A DNA stretch of 63,648 bases, counting the filler, from Octopus bimaculoides (taxonomy: Eukaryota), in the NCBI RefSeq assembly GCF_001194135.2. It is 5 parts of 4 records of this genome, joined end to end, with 100 filler letters (N's around TTAATTAATTAA, not from the genome) between each part and the next. Parts side by side here need not be neighbours in the genome. Positions count along the whole stretch, not along the records: positions 9,161 to 33,740 come from NC_068982.1; 4 more parts are not named here. One strand, given 5' to 3'. The notes beneath the pieces are model-generated. The model had not been told where the DNA came from. It made no database searches and saw only the letters and a program-made list of their open reading frames with translations. Below, one piece after another: positions 11,630 through 23,130 of the stretch; position 1 is the stretch's first letter; each line of letters opens with the position of its first letter. The translations under genes were made by a program, and so were the position numbers.

Positions 11630-11922
11630 TGACATTGATCTGATCAATTGAACAGCCTGCTTGTGAAATTAACATTCAAGTGGCTGAGCACTCCACAGAT
11701 ACATATACTCTTAACATAGTTCTCAGAGACATTTGGTGGGACACAGTGTGACAAGACCGACTCTCTGAAATACAAGTACTACTCATTTTTGCCAGTTGAG
11801 TAGACAGGAGCATTGGGAAATAAACTGTTCTTGCTCAAGGACACAAACATGCCACCAGAAATCAAACTCACAACCTTACGAATGTGTGCCAAATACCCTA
11901 ACCACTAAGCCATGCACCTTCA
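11630..11922 (-). mobile_element. tRNA-derived SINE family C
   Basis: Minus-strand head GTGAAGGTGCATGGCTTAGTGGTTAGGGT (A box), then ccttgagcaag. The body matches 32075-32240. Confidence 0.75.
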
Positions 11923-12050
11923 CTCAGCTGGCAAAAATGAGTTGTAACTGTATTTCAAAGGGACAGCTTTGTCACATTCTGTGTCATGCTGAATTTCCCT
12001 GAGAAGTATTTTAAGAGTACACGTGTCTGGAGTGTTCACCCACTTACACG
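11923..12050 (+). mobile_element. SINE family C body fragment, inverted relative to the adjacent copy
   Basis: Its reverse complement aligns with 11677-11800. Confidence 0.7.
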
Positions 12051-12676
12051 ACCCGTGTGTGCGCACACTCACACACATTTGATGCTAGTGAGTTTTACAA
12101 GAGGAGAATACATTTTTGCCAGGATCTTCCTTTGATAGTTTAAATTAGTTCCATCTGGGCATCAAAACTAGGTCACTGATTCAGTTCATTTAGAACTCAC
12201 CACTATTACATTCTGTATTAAGATAAAGAAGACTATGCTTGTTATTTTTAGGCTTGCTTTGTTTTTTTTATTTTCTGCTGTTAGCTGTTGTTTCATTTTT
12301 AAAATGATCCATGCTGTTATTATTTAATCTAACAGCTTCTTGTGATTATGTTCATCCAGCTATCCTACATCATGCTATGTTCTTGGCCTGTTGGTAACTT
12401 ATTAACCATTGTCGGATTAGTATTTTGTCTTTAAATATGTATTACATTTAATGTTTCATTTCTTTACTCAAAATATTTTGTGGAAACTTTCATTTTGATT
12501 TTGAATTTTATTTTGAATATTATAATCATTTCCCTTGTCTGATTTGGATGTATAAATTATTTAGTGCCTTCATTTAATCTAAAATGAAGTGAAACATTAA
12601 TTGGACGTGTTTCAAGTTACTTAAACTCTACAGCTTTTAGTGCATAGTTACTTATTTATTATTATTGTTATTATTA

Positions 12677-13513
12677 TGCTGGGAAGCTGGCAGAATCATT
12701 TGAGCATATTCTCATTATGTTCCAAGTTCAAATTCCACTGATGTCGACTTTGCCTTCCCTCCTTTCAGAATTGATAAAATAGGTACTTACTGAGCACTGT
12801 GGGTTCAACATAAGACTTTCCTCCCCTGCCAAAATATCAAACGATTATTATAATTTTATTTTTATTATTATTATTATTGTTACTATTATCAGTATTATTT
12901 AGGTAGTAAGCTGGTAGAATAGCCTCCTCCTCTCCCCAGTTGTTGGTCTTGTGCTATAGTTACAATGCTTTTTATTATTATTATTATTATTATGGCAAGT
13001 TGGCATAATCATTAATACACAGGACAAAATGCTTGGTGGCATTTCCATTTTCATGTTCTGAGTTCTAATGATGTCAAGTTTGACTTTACCTTTCATCCTT
13101 TCAGGGTTGATACAATTGACTTAACCACTCCCACTGAAATTGCTGGCCTTGTGCCAAAATTTGAAACCATTATTATTAATATTCATCATTATTATTAATG
13201 AAAGGCTGTGTGAGCTGGCAGGATTGTTAGTGCATAGGGCAGAAATGTTTAGCAACAAATTAAGATGTCCAAATCATATAAGAGAAGTGATTAAAATATT
13301 CCTAGGTGAAGAGCTGGCAGAATTGTTGGCACATGGGACAAAATGCTTTATGGCAGTTCTTCTGGCTGTGTGTTCTGACTTAAAATTCCAAGGTTGATTT
13401 TTGCCTCTCATCTTTTCTAGATGAATAAAATAAATACCAGCTGAGTACTGGTGTCAATGTAGTTGACGAGTTACCTCCCCCAAAATTTTAGGCTTTATGT
13501 ATATTGTAGAAAG
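12677..13513 (+). mobile_element. Cluster of about five partial SINE family B copies, the first four separated by (ATT)n
   Basis: Heads of the gagctggcagaat type at about 12684, 12908, 12996, 13214 and 13311; body gactttgcctt(t)catcctttc. Confidence 0.7.
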
Positions 13514-14165
13514 GATCATCATTATTACAAGATGATCACATTTTCCAATACTGTAGGAGATAAATGAACTCCAAGCTATATTATTTCCAATAGGGAAAAT
13601 CTTATATTGACAAAACTAACATTGAAGCAACAGTAGTAGTTGTAGTCTTTATAGTAAATACTTAACAGCAGTTATCTTAGTATTCTTAACTAACAACTAA
13701 AATATTTTCTTTTTAACTTCAAGGTAAGCAATGTTAAAATTTCATGTGTATGCCAAAAATATTTAAAAGATTGTTGGTAGAATTTAATTTCATATCTGTT
13801 CTAAAATGGTAATTGTTTAATTTGTTGGAATATTAGAAAAATTTCTATAGAAATTTTTTTTTTTGAAAAGTTAGACGTTTTTTCATGTATTATTTTACCT
13901 CAAATTTAATTTTCTTTATAAGATATAGTACAATTGTATCAGTTCACATGAAATTGTGTGGGTTAGCTATTTCCAATTTCCATTTGAAAATGTCTTAATT
14001 TCTGATTACTTTTAATTTACCAACTCCTAACACAAAATAACTTAATGACTGAATTTACATTTATAAAATTTTACAATAGGTGCAAAGAAAATCTCTTTCC
14101 TTGTTGAGATAAAACATCATGCACTGTCAAGGCAAGGAAACAGTAACACACTTGCACACACACAC

Positions 14166-14201
<36 letters not shown>

Positions 14202-14209
14202 GTATGTAA

Positions 14210-14372
14210 ACAATAGGCTTCTTTCAGTTTCCATCTACCAAAGCCACTCATAAGGTTTTAGTTGACCCATAGCTATAGTAGAAGGCACTTATTGATGGTG
14301 TATTGTTGTGAGATTGAACCCAGAACCATGTTGTTGGGAAGCAAGTTCTTACCTCACATCCATACCTGCACC
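14210..14372 (-). mobile_element. SINE family A 5' half, CpG-decayed
   Basis: ggcttctttcagtttccatctaccaaagccactcataagg...gggaagcaagttcttacc. Confidence 0.75.
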
Positions 14373-14906
14373 TATGTATAAAAACAGTGTATATATGATT
14401 TGTTGGACCAAATAATTCATTAAATTCTGATGCAGTCCTTGTTTATTGTTCAATTTCAATTTATTCTATCTGCTTGGTGAGTCAGATAGAAGATAATGCC
14501 ACCAAAACATTTTAGTAGTTAATGGTTTGGTATTTATCTATCTAGCAATTGCAACCTGTTATTAGGCTAAATCAGGTAAAAGATGTATTTGAATCTAGAT
14601 AAGCAGTAATTTAGAACTGATAATATCCTTTTATGGAATGCATTTTTTTTTTAATAAATAGCTATATCTGTTCAATTCTCGTCAGGCAAACATTTTTTTG
14701 TGTATTACCTCACATTCCTAAAGTTTAGTCACTTAATAATGAAGCAGTTGAGTTTTTCTTAAAATTGTTTTAAGTTAATGCAGTATCTCTAAAGGTCTAC
14801 AGACAGTGCTCTGTTAGTATTTTATCATGTCTATTTAGATGCAAGTTATTTTCTTCAACTCAGTAGTTCCAAAGCTTGCTTAAGCAGAAACTTTTCTTTC
14901 TTTTTG

Positions 14907-14945
<39 letters not shown>

Positions 14946-15124
14946 TCAGGATTTTCCCTGGAAAAGGGTGTGTTTATAACAGTTATTCCATACCCTAAAG
15001 CTAAAAAGACCACTTGCATTTCAAAATTTGAATTCTTTGATATTTATAGTTAGAAACAGCTAATTAATGCTTAATGTATTGTTCTATGTCATATAATGCT
15101 TGATAAATGGAATATATTTATCAT

Positions 15125-15320
15125 TTTCATTGTCATGTGTCTGCTTTCCATGTTGGCATGGGTTGGATATGGATTGTCACAGTTGAAGTTTTTTATACAG
15201 ACAGATTAGATCTTGCTTATTTGTTTCAGTTTGGCTTGGTTTCTATAGTGGGGGTACCCTTCCTAACATCAACCATTTTACAGTGTGTTAGGTGTATTTT
15301 ATCATGGCACCAACAAATTA
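15125..15320 (-). mobile_element. Decayed SINE or RTE-type 3' tail repeat (related pieces at 29815-29945 minus and 30480-30595 plus)
   Basis: tttccatgttggcatgggttgga...cccttcctaacatcaaccattttacagtgtg; related motifs recur at about 29.8 and 30.5 kb. Confidence 0.5.
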
Positions 15321-15864
15321 ATGGTTGTCATGTCTTCAATTATAATGAATTAGTGTATTTTGAACCTACATTTTCTCTACTTGTTTTGCAGCTACTTAAG
15401 AGTGTATTGGGTGCATTTTATTGTGGCACCAGCACCAGTGTGGTTTACTTTAACCCCAGTGAAACAAAACGGTCATCACTGCTAAAAATTATCACTATCA
15501 GTATAGAAGTAAATGAGTATTTGAAATTAATCTACTTAACTCATCTATGGATAGATGGATTAGAAAATGTATAAGAACATTTTATTGAAAAATGCTTCAA
15601 ACTGTGGAGCATTAAGACATTAATGGCCAATGCTATTACATACCTTTATGAACCATGTTAAGATTTTTTGTTATTTTAAGTAATTCTCTGTAGCTTATTT
15701 TATATAACAAGTTATATAATTGAATCATTCTTGCTACCTCCCTTCACAGTTTAAGTTCAGATCCCACCCTAGTTGAATACGTTTTCATATTCCTGAAGTC
15801 AATAATATAAGTAAAGTGGCAAGCTGGTATAATTGTTTGCATACTAAGCCATATGCTTAGTTAC

Positions 15865-16010
15865 ATTTCATCCTTCTTTATATTCTGAGTTAAAATTCTG
15901 CTGAGGTTGGCTTTACCTCTCATCCTTTTGTACCAGTTAAGCACTGCAGTCATTGTAATCGATTTACCCCCTCCTTCGAACTTGCTGGTCTTGTGCCAAA
16001 AAACTTGAAG
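15865..16010 (+). mobile_element. SINE family B, decayed
   Basis: ttctgagttaaaattctgctgaggttggctttacctctcatcc...ttgctggtcttgtgccaaaa. Confidence 0.6.
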
Positions 16011-18332
16011 CCAATGATATAATTATTTATCAAGTGCTGGAGTAAATACAATTAACTATCTCTTGAATGCAGTTGTTCTAGGATGACCACAATGCAATAG
16101 TTGAAAACCATGAAGAAGTGGAAGAAAAGATTCTTCACTTAAAGTAAAAAAAAAATAACTAATTTTATCCTTAATGATTTTGCTGGTAAACAATAATTTT
16201 CAGTATTTTTATTTTGTTTCTCTTTTTGTCGAATAAATTATTACAGCTTTATTTTTTGTTTTTATATTCTTCATTTCTATTCTTAGCTTCTCTCTCATTT
16301 TTGCTAATTAATAATAGCGAACAACAACACTTGAAGCCATTTATTAGTAATTTTATATCATACAGTCTGTTTCAACAATAACCTATTCTTATTCTTTTCA
16401 CTTAACTCTATCATTAATATGAAATATATTCAACACTGTTACAGTTTATTTAAACTGGGTCATATGTAAGCACCATAATTTCTTTTTCTATTTTTAATTT
16501 TAATTACTATACCCTTGCATTCTTTATCTCAGCTACTACTCTCTCTTCTATCTATATCTTATCTCCCCCCCCCCCCCCCATCTATATTCTCTGTTTCTCT
16601 TTCATGAATGTTTTGTTCTTACTTGAACTCTTTATTTTCTCATAGCTGAAACAGAAATTCATCTTGACTAACTAACTAACTAGATGTTTCTATCACTATT
16701 TTCTTCAGTCTGTAACAATCAGAATGTTTCCCATTAGCTGTGATATTAGCTTTAACTCCTAACGATACATCTCTTTCATCCAGTGTCATCTGTAGTGGGA
16801 TTCAGTCACCATCATTAACTATGTGAAAAAGCAACAACATACTATCTAATGCTATTATCATGCTAGTCTAACAAACTTATCAAATTCACTATAACCTAAT
16901 GGCAGTATCCCTTCAACCTATCATCCACATCAGAGACTTGTAGACATTCCTTAATACAACTGCCGAACCAATCATTAAATGTCATTTCTTGTTAATTAAA
17001 AAGAAAAACAAAAGAAAAGATATAAAATGGAAATTTAGAACACTTCCATTTAGATTTTTTAATTATTTCCACAATATTATTTTTAGTCTCTTAATTAAAT
17101 CCTCAAACATATGTTATTTTCCCTAAAATGCACTTTCAGAGCATGGTTCATTAATTTCATAGCCAGTTAATTAGATGATTCCTGTCTTAACAGTAGTACT
17201 GCATTGTGTCCTTAGCTATGGCTAGTAATTCTCAAATGGACCAGTCTATCTAACAGTATACTGTCAGCACACTTTTCTAACAAACAGGCGCTTTACTTTT
17301 GAATGTTTCATTAGTTTCCAGTGCTAAGTTCAACTTCTCATGTGGACATTATTTAAAGGAGAATGGATTCTGCCCAGCTAACTTGCACTATATATTTTTT
17401 ATGAAGATGGACTTCAGAGCTACTCTTTTCACATGGAGACTTATGTCACAAACTTATGTTGTATTTTGCTACTTACTATTGTTGGTTGACTTTAAGCAGT
17501 GCAGTTACGCATAGCTGGAGTACATGCTTTATGGCATTTAGTATGGTAAAGCAAAGCATCGTTAGGTCCTGCCTAGCATTTCTTCCTTCTGAAGTGAATT
17601 ACATAACAGTAAAGTTAGTCCTTAATTAAAGTTACCTTGTGTCACTAAGTGTGAATGAATTGACTTCTGTATTTGACTTCACACCATCTATTAGTTGTAT
17701 AATCTATTACAACGTAACATAACATTACAATGACCCTTTCAAATAGATCTTAATATTTCCAGAAGCTTTGGTACAGTTTTCATAATGCTATTAGCTTTAA
17801 TGGAAATTTATCATGTAGAATTCTCTGAAACATTTCAAGAAATCATGTTAGGCTTAGTGAGAAATGTACAACCCTCAGTTTCATCTAGTGTTGGCATTGT
17901 TTTATAGTTTAGAGGTTTAACATGTAGTTATATGCTGTGAGATGTTATGTTGTTATCACTGGTTCTCCCTTCTGAGCTTCTAGTTTCCTGTGGCTAATGT
18001 AAATTTAAAAAAAACTACTGAGGATATGTATCACATAATGTGTCTTCATGCATTAATCCTTGTAATAATTTCTGGCTGTTAAGATTGAATATATTTGAAG
18101 CATCTTCTGCTTTATATTCAGATACAATGTATTCCAACATTTATTGAATTTTTTCAGTTCACCACTCCACATTTTTGTTAACTTACTTTTTTATTATTTA
18201 TTTATGTTTTCATATATTTTGTACCATAGGCAAATTTCAAAATTGAGGACAATTTAAATTGTTGGGTTATTTCATTCTTACTTAAATCATGGAGTTTTGC
18301 TTTACTTATTGTATCTATTTTCATTTTTGCAG

Positions 18333-18419
18333 GAAATGGACAACTTGCGATCTATAAATGCACGACTGAAAGAAGAGAATGGAGCTTTAATAAGAGTGGT
18401 CAGCAAACTCTCCAAGTAG
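18333..18419 (+). CDS. PPP1R12A: Terminal coding exon of myosin phosphatase targeting subunit (MYPT1/PPP1R12 family), C-terminal leucine zipper
   Basis: Acceptor tttcatttttgcag, then phase-0 [31 protein letters not shown], close to the vertebrate MYPT1 C-terminus ..[21 protein letters not shown]. Assignment among paralogues A/B/C is not meaningful for an invertebrate. No upstream exon recognised in the window. Confidence 0.88.
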   Translation, partial: [28 protein letters not shown]

Positions 18420-20269
18420 TCAGAACTGCTTTATTATTACATTTTATACACATACACACACATATTACTTATGCCTCTTCTCGTTCTTGTTCTCCTCCCA
18501 CTTCTTTGTTTACTTACTACTTACTCCTCCCATTACTTTAATTCATCTTTTTTTTCTTTTCATTACTCCATCATTATCATCATCATCATCATGCTCATTA
18601 TCATCACCATGTACATCATAGCCAGGTTCCCCAACTCCACACAGTTATGTCAAAATTTAAACTTTCTGCTTACACTGGAAGTTCAGTTGAAATCTGATTC
18701 TGTTCTTGTCTTCCAAACTACAGTTCTTGCATATAACCGCCATGCCAACCTTTTTGCAGCTGCTTGGCTCTTGTTGAGTACCTATTTGCATGCCAGCATA
18801 CACAACTATGTAGATATAAGTAATGGTTAAAGATCAACTTAAACTATAGTTTTGAAGGTGATGTTTGTCTAGCTTATATTGAGGAATGAGTCCTTTTCAT
18901 ATCTCCTGAAAGCTGCCTCCAAAATTGTAAACCATTTTATATAACCTTATACTGTTTCTATTATACATTTGACACCTGTTTTTTCTTGCTTCTCTCTCTC
19001 TCTCTCTCTGTCCCTCCCCTCTCTCCTTTTTCTCTTTTCTTTTTATTTTCCTTATATTCTGTTAATTTTAGTGTCGAGTAAATGTAGTGTGTTGTTTCAC
19101 ACAGGCAGAAATAATAATTGATGAAGGAGCTATGAACTGTCCATTTACTCTATTCCAGTCTATATTCTTTATGCTGTCTTTTTGTTTTTCCTATTAATAA
19201 TTGTCTTATTTTTGATTTTTTTAAAAATTTGTTTTAATACTTTTATCATCTATATTTTATTCATCACCATAACACTTGTTGGTTATTATTACTGTTATTA
19301 TTCCACTCCATTCCTCATATTGATTCTTCTGTTGTGAAAGGTGGGACCTACTGCCTGTGCAATATGAAGAGGTAGAGGTATAAAGTTTTAGGCCATCTTC
19401 TATAATGTCCATCATGATGTAAATATAGCTTGCTATCATTCTTGGACATGCTATTAATTTTTGTTTCCGAAACTTCTTCATTTGATTCTTGATTATGTCC
19501 ATATAATTCATATAATTGTAAATTGCCTGCAGTGAATTATTTTATCAAACCCAACATCCCAAAATAAAGAGCATAGATTTTCATATCTGATCCTTTTATT
19601 GTTGTTAATTTTTCTTCGTAGATATTGAGTGAAAATGATGCAAAGCATGTAGCTTGCCAACATTTTTGGAAAACAGGGAAAACTTTTTTTCTTTTTCTTT
19701 ATAAATTTCTTATCAGCTAGGGTGTTTTATTTTGAAATAGGAGTCATTGTGTAAAATGTTACTGAAGCAAAATAAGGAAGTAGTTGACAATCATATTTCA
19801 TGACCAGGTTCAGAATTTACTGAATTTCTCTATTAAATTGTGGTACTCATAGGTTGTGTTTTTATAATAAGAAATAAAAGCTATCTCTTTTTTTAATTGT
19901 GTTATCTTTCTCCTACTCAGCAATTTTTTATTCCTGTTTTTGAAAAAATTATTTCAGTACTTTCAACACACACACACACAGACCAAGTATGTATTCTTTA
20001 GACAAATATAAAAAAATGCTCAATACACACTTGTGCAAATGAGCAATCTTCTCTCTCTCTCTCACACATATTAGTGTGTGTAGAGAACCAGAAAATCAAC
20101 ACAATACTCTACATTCTGGTGTTGTGGCCTTATTCCTTACCTCTTTATTAATCTACTGAAGAATGTAGACACTATGCCAAAGAGGTAGACAGTATGGAAA
20201 CTTAGCAGAATTGATATCTTCCTTCGGCTTCATGCACTTGCAGGAACAAGCATATCTCTCATGCATATA

Positions 20270-21330
20270 TACTTCAAATTGTCATGTGAGGGTCTGCTCC
20301 AATTTTGAAGATGTTGGCTTGATAATCCTTGGTTTATAGGGAGCAAGAATGAATCCCTCTTTCTGCCTTCAACTCTGAACTCTGCAGCCACTGATAGGTT
20401 TTTGATTGGTTTACATTAGCTTCCTAGGTATGGAGTGGATATAGGCCAGCTGCCATCTGTTTTCAAAATTTGAAGTCTTTCTGTTTTTGCTTTCATCCTA
20501 TGCATTTTGGCTATCTTTTTTAGCATTTGGTCAGCTTCGTTAGCCATTTCTATTTTTGCAGTGTGTATCTCTACTCTATTTCTGAGCTTCTTTGTTCACT
20601 GAATGAAGCATCTTCTGGGATTCATGTACTCTCACTATCATCATCATCCAGTCATTGGTCTTGTTTAACTACTTCTGCAGTCCACTTGTAGCCCTCTTCT
20701 ACCTTCTTTCCTTGACAGGTAGAGGTGGTCTATATCTATCTTTGGATGGTGTATTTTATTGGTAGTTATGTGTTTTCTGGTTTTTGTGTTCATTCTTTGT
20801 AGGTTAACTAGGTTTCAGTTGATGACATTGAAACTATATTATACAACAGGTACTATTAAACTTTTAATAGCTTCTATGCAATTCTTGGAGCTCACTTTCC
20901 AGGACCTGCCTTACTCTTCTTTAGCACTCCTTTTAACATTGGCAGTTTCGGCTGGGAAAGTTTTTCAAATTCCTTTCAAGGTAACACTGGATGATTTTGT
21001 TTTGTTCCTTTGATTGTGGAAAGAGTTGTCATCCCTGTACTCTCTATTCTATGGATGGTAAGTTGCAGCCCTAATACCAGGGCATCTCCTGGCAGTTCTG
21101 CCATTTCAGCCAATAAATTGTGGGTAATATGTCTCAAACATATCCCATGTTTTAATGAGTGAAAATGAATGAGATTGCTGGATTTATCATTCTTGTACAA
21201 GTTCTTGTGTTTTTGAAAGAAAACCATCTGATACCATACGTTTTTGAATGGAGATAGTTGGAACACATGTTGTATTGATGTCATGTGGTGGATTAATATC
21301 AGGATATTGGTGTAAGTGTGATCTAACCAG
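20270..21330 (-). mobile_element. Old degenerate R4/Dong LINE remnant
   Basis: Manual translation: KEC*RRVRQVLESEL..CIEAIKSLIVPVV*YSFNVIN*NLVNLQRMNTKTRKHITTNKIHHPKIDIDHLYLSRKEGRRGL..KTYQWLQSSELKAE/EGFILA..NYQANIFKIGADP. The upstream 300 bp is less certain. Confidence 0.75.
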
Positions 21331-21785
21331 ATGAATCAAATTTTGAAGCACTGCTACAGATAGTTGGTTTTCTTTTATGTCTTCAGTAGTACTCCTTTAT
21401 CCTTGGAAATTGGTCAAGGCCTTCACAGTCATTCCATAACACAAGGACATTCTTTAGATTAGTATCTGTTTTGAGTTCTAACAACCACTCACTGATAATT
21501 AAAATGACAGGCTGAGTCCTGAGTGAAAAAAGCAATATTATTATTATGATGCTTTGGGTCAAAATATTAGTGTCACACAAAGTCTTAAGGTATTTAGTTT
21601 TGACCTTCATATTCCGAGTTCCAAACCTGTCATGGTTAACTTTGCATTTCATTCTTCCAGGGTTTGATTAAATGATTACCAGTAATATCTCAATCAACTT
21701 ATTGTATTACGTATTCAATATAACTATTTTTTTTTTTATTGTAGGATGCTCTTACTCTTTTCTGTTTTTTTTTCTTTCCTTTTCT

Positions 21786-22307
21786 GGATCTTTTTTAAAA
21801 CGGGGGCCACATTTTTCATTAACGAAACACTTTGAAACTTGGAACACTGGTAGAATGTGTCATATAAAACATCTTTTTTCTCTTAGTCTTCTTAAAAAAA
21901 AAAAGAAATCCATAAGTTATTCCATGTGAAAGTTGTCGTATTTCTGTAATTTCAACCAATCACTGACGTCCATTCAGCCGATATACATTAAGTGCCGACT
22001 ACATAAACAAATGATTCTGAAACAATTAACCCTAACCCTAACCCTAGAGTTAGGGTTAGGGTTAAAGCAATTTTAAAATGAAAAAAGCAAATAAAACGAA
22101 GGTATGGAGATTAAATACGCTTTACATCGCTTAATCAGTNNNNNNNNNNNNNNNNNNNNNNNNNNNNNNNNNNNNNNNNNNNNNNNNNNNNNNNNNNNNN
22201 NNNNTAACACAAAATAGATAAGTATACGAAGTTTGAAAGTCTTTCCGTACCAAAAACACTACGTAAAACATTACTGAAAAATGTGGCCCCTGTTTTAAAA
22301 TAGATCC
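21786..22307. mobile_element. Non-autonomous TIR element (MITE-like) with an internal telomere-repeat palindrome; contains a gap
   Basis: About 39-bp TIRs with 4 mismatches: GGATCTTTTTTAAAACGGGGGCCACATTTTTCATTAACG versus reverse complement GGATCTATTTTAAAACAGGGGCCACATTTTTCAGTAATG. Flanks ccttttct/ctttttct may be an 8-bp TSD but are low complexity. Confidence 0.8.
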
Positions 22308-23082
22308 CTTTTTCTCCCTCTATTCCTTTACCTCTCTCTTTCCATCTCTTATTGTGTATGTATAGCTGCAGTCCAAGTTAGCAGGTTGGCTAAAGGTTAA
22401 ACCGCAGTGTGTGCATGCAAATGTGCAAAAAAATTGCATCTTAAATTTTGTTAAAAGTATCCTTCTCTCAGGTTACTCAATTCTCGATTGTCACATCTAG
22501 ATTGTATCATCTCGCATGTTGGTTCTTTTTTTTTTTTTTTAATTCTTTTTGCCATTTTTTAAAGTCTCTTTATTTTTTTTTTGTTTTGTTTTTCAAACTC
22601 TGACACCTAGTGTACATAATGAAACTTCGAGGTGGGCCAATCACAATGGTGCTATCCTGACTTACCAGTTTTTCCATAATCTTCCGGTTGTTGTTGCTTA
22701 GACAATTCTTATATATGAAAGAGTATATGGGCCTCTGTTGATTTTGATGAAAGTATTCTGGGTGTTTGATTAACTGAGCCACCTCTTCATTGAATTAGGG
22801 TGTGAATGCTTGAGTATGTCACAGACACACCTTTTAAGGTAATGATCATCAGGCAGAATCAGTGTGAAACAAGGCTGGCCTTTTTTTGAATTATAAGTAC
22901 AGTCCATGCAACAGGCTTCCACACTTTCCAACTCCTCAATTCCACTTAGCTTGAGTCAACTTGAATCAAGTAAAAGACTCTTGCCCAGAATGCCACAAAA
23001 TGGGATTGAGACATATATTGCATACATTGTGTGTATGAATATGAATTGGCATGTAAGTAGATTCTAAAGCTTGTTTGTTTTC

Positions 23083-23130
<48 letters not shown>

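Noticed and set aside
15107-15574. 155-aa ORF
   Set aside because: Overlaps a decayed SINE/RTE-tail repeat; no protein motif.
22660-22960. Minus-strand Cys-containing open stretch (LSGIEELESVEACCMDC..) and a nearby GTAAGT donor
   Set aside because: Frame and splice signals could not be reconciled and no homologue was recognised.
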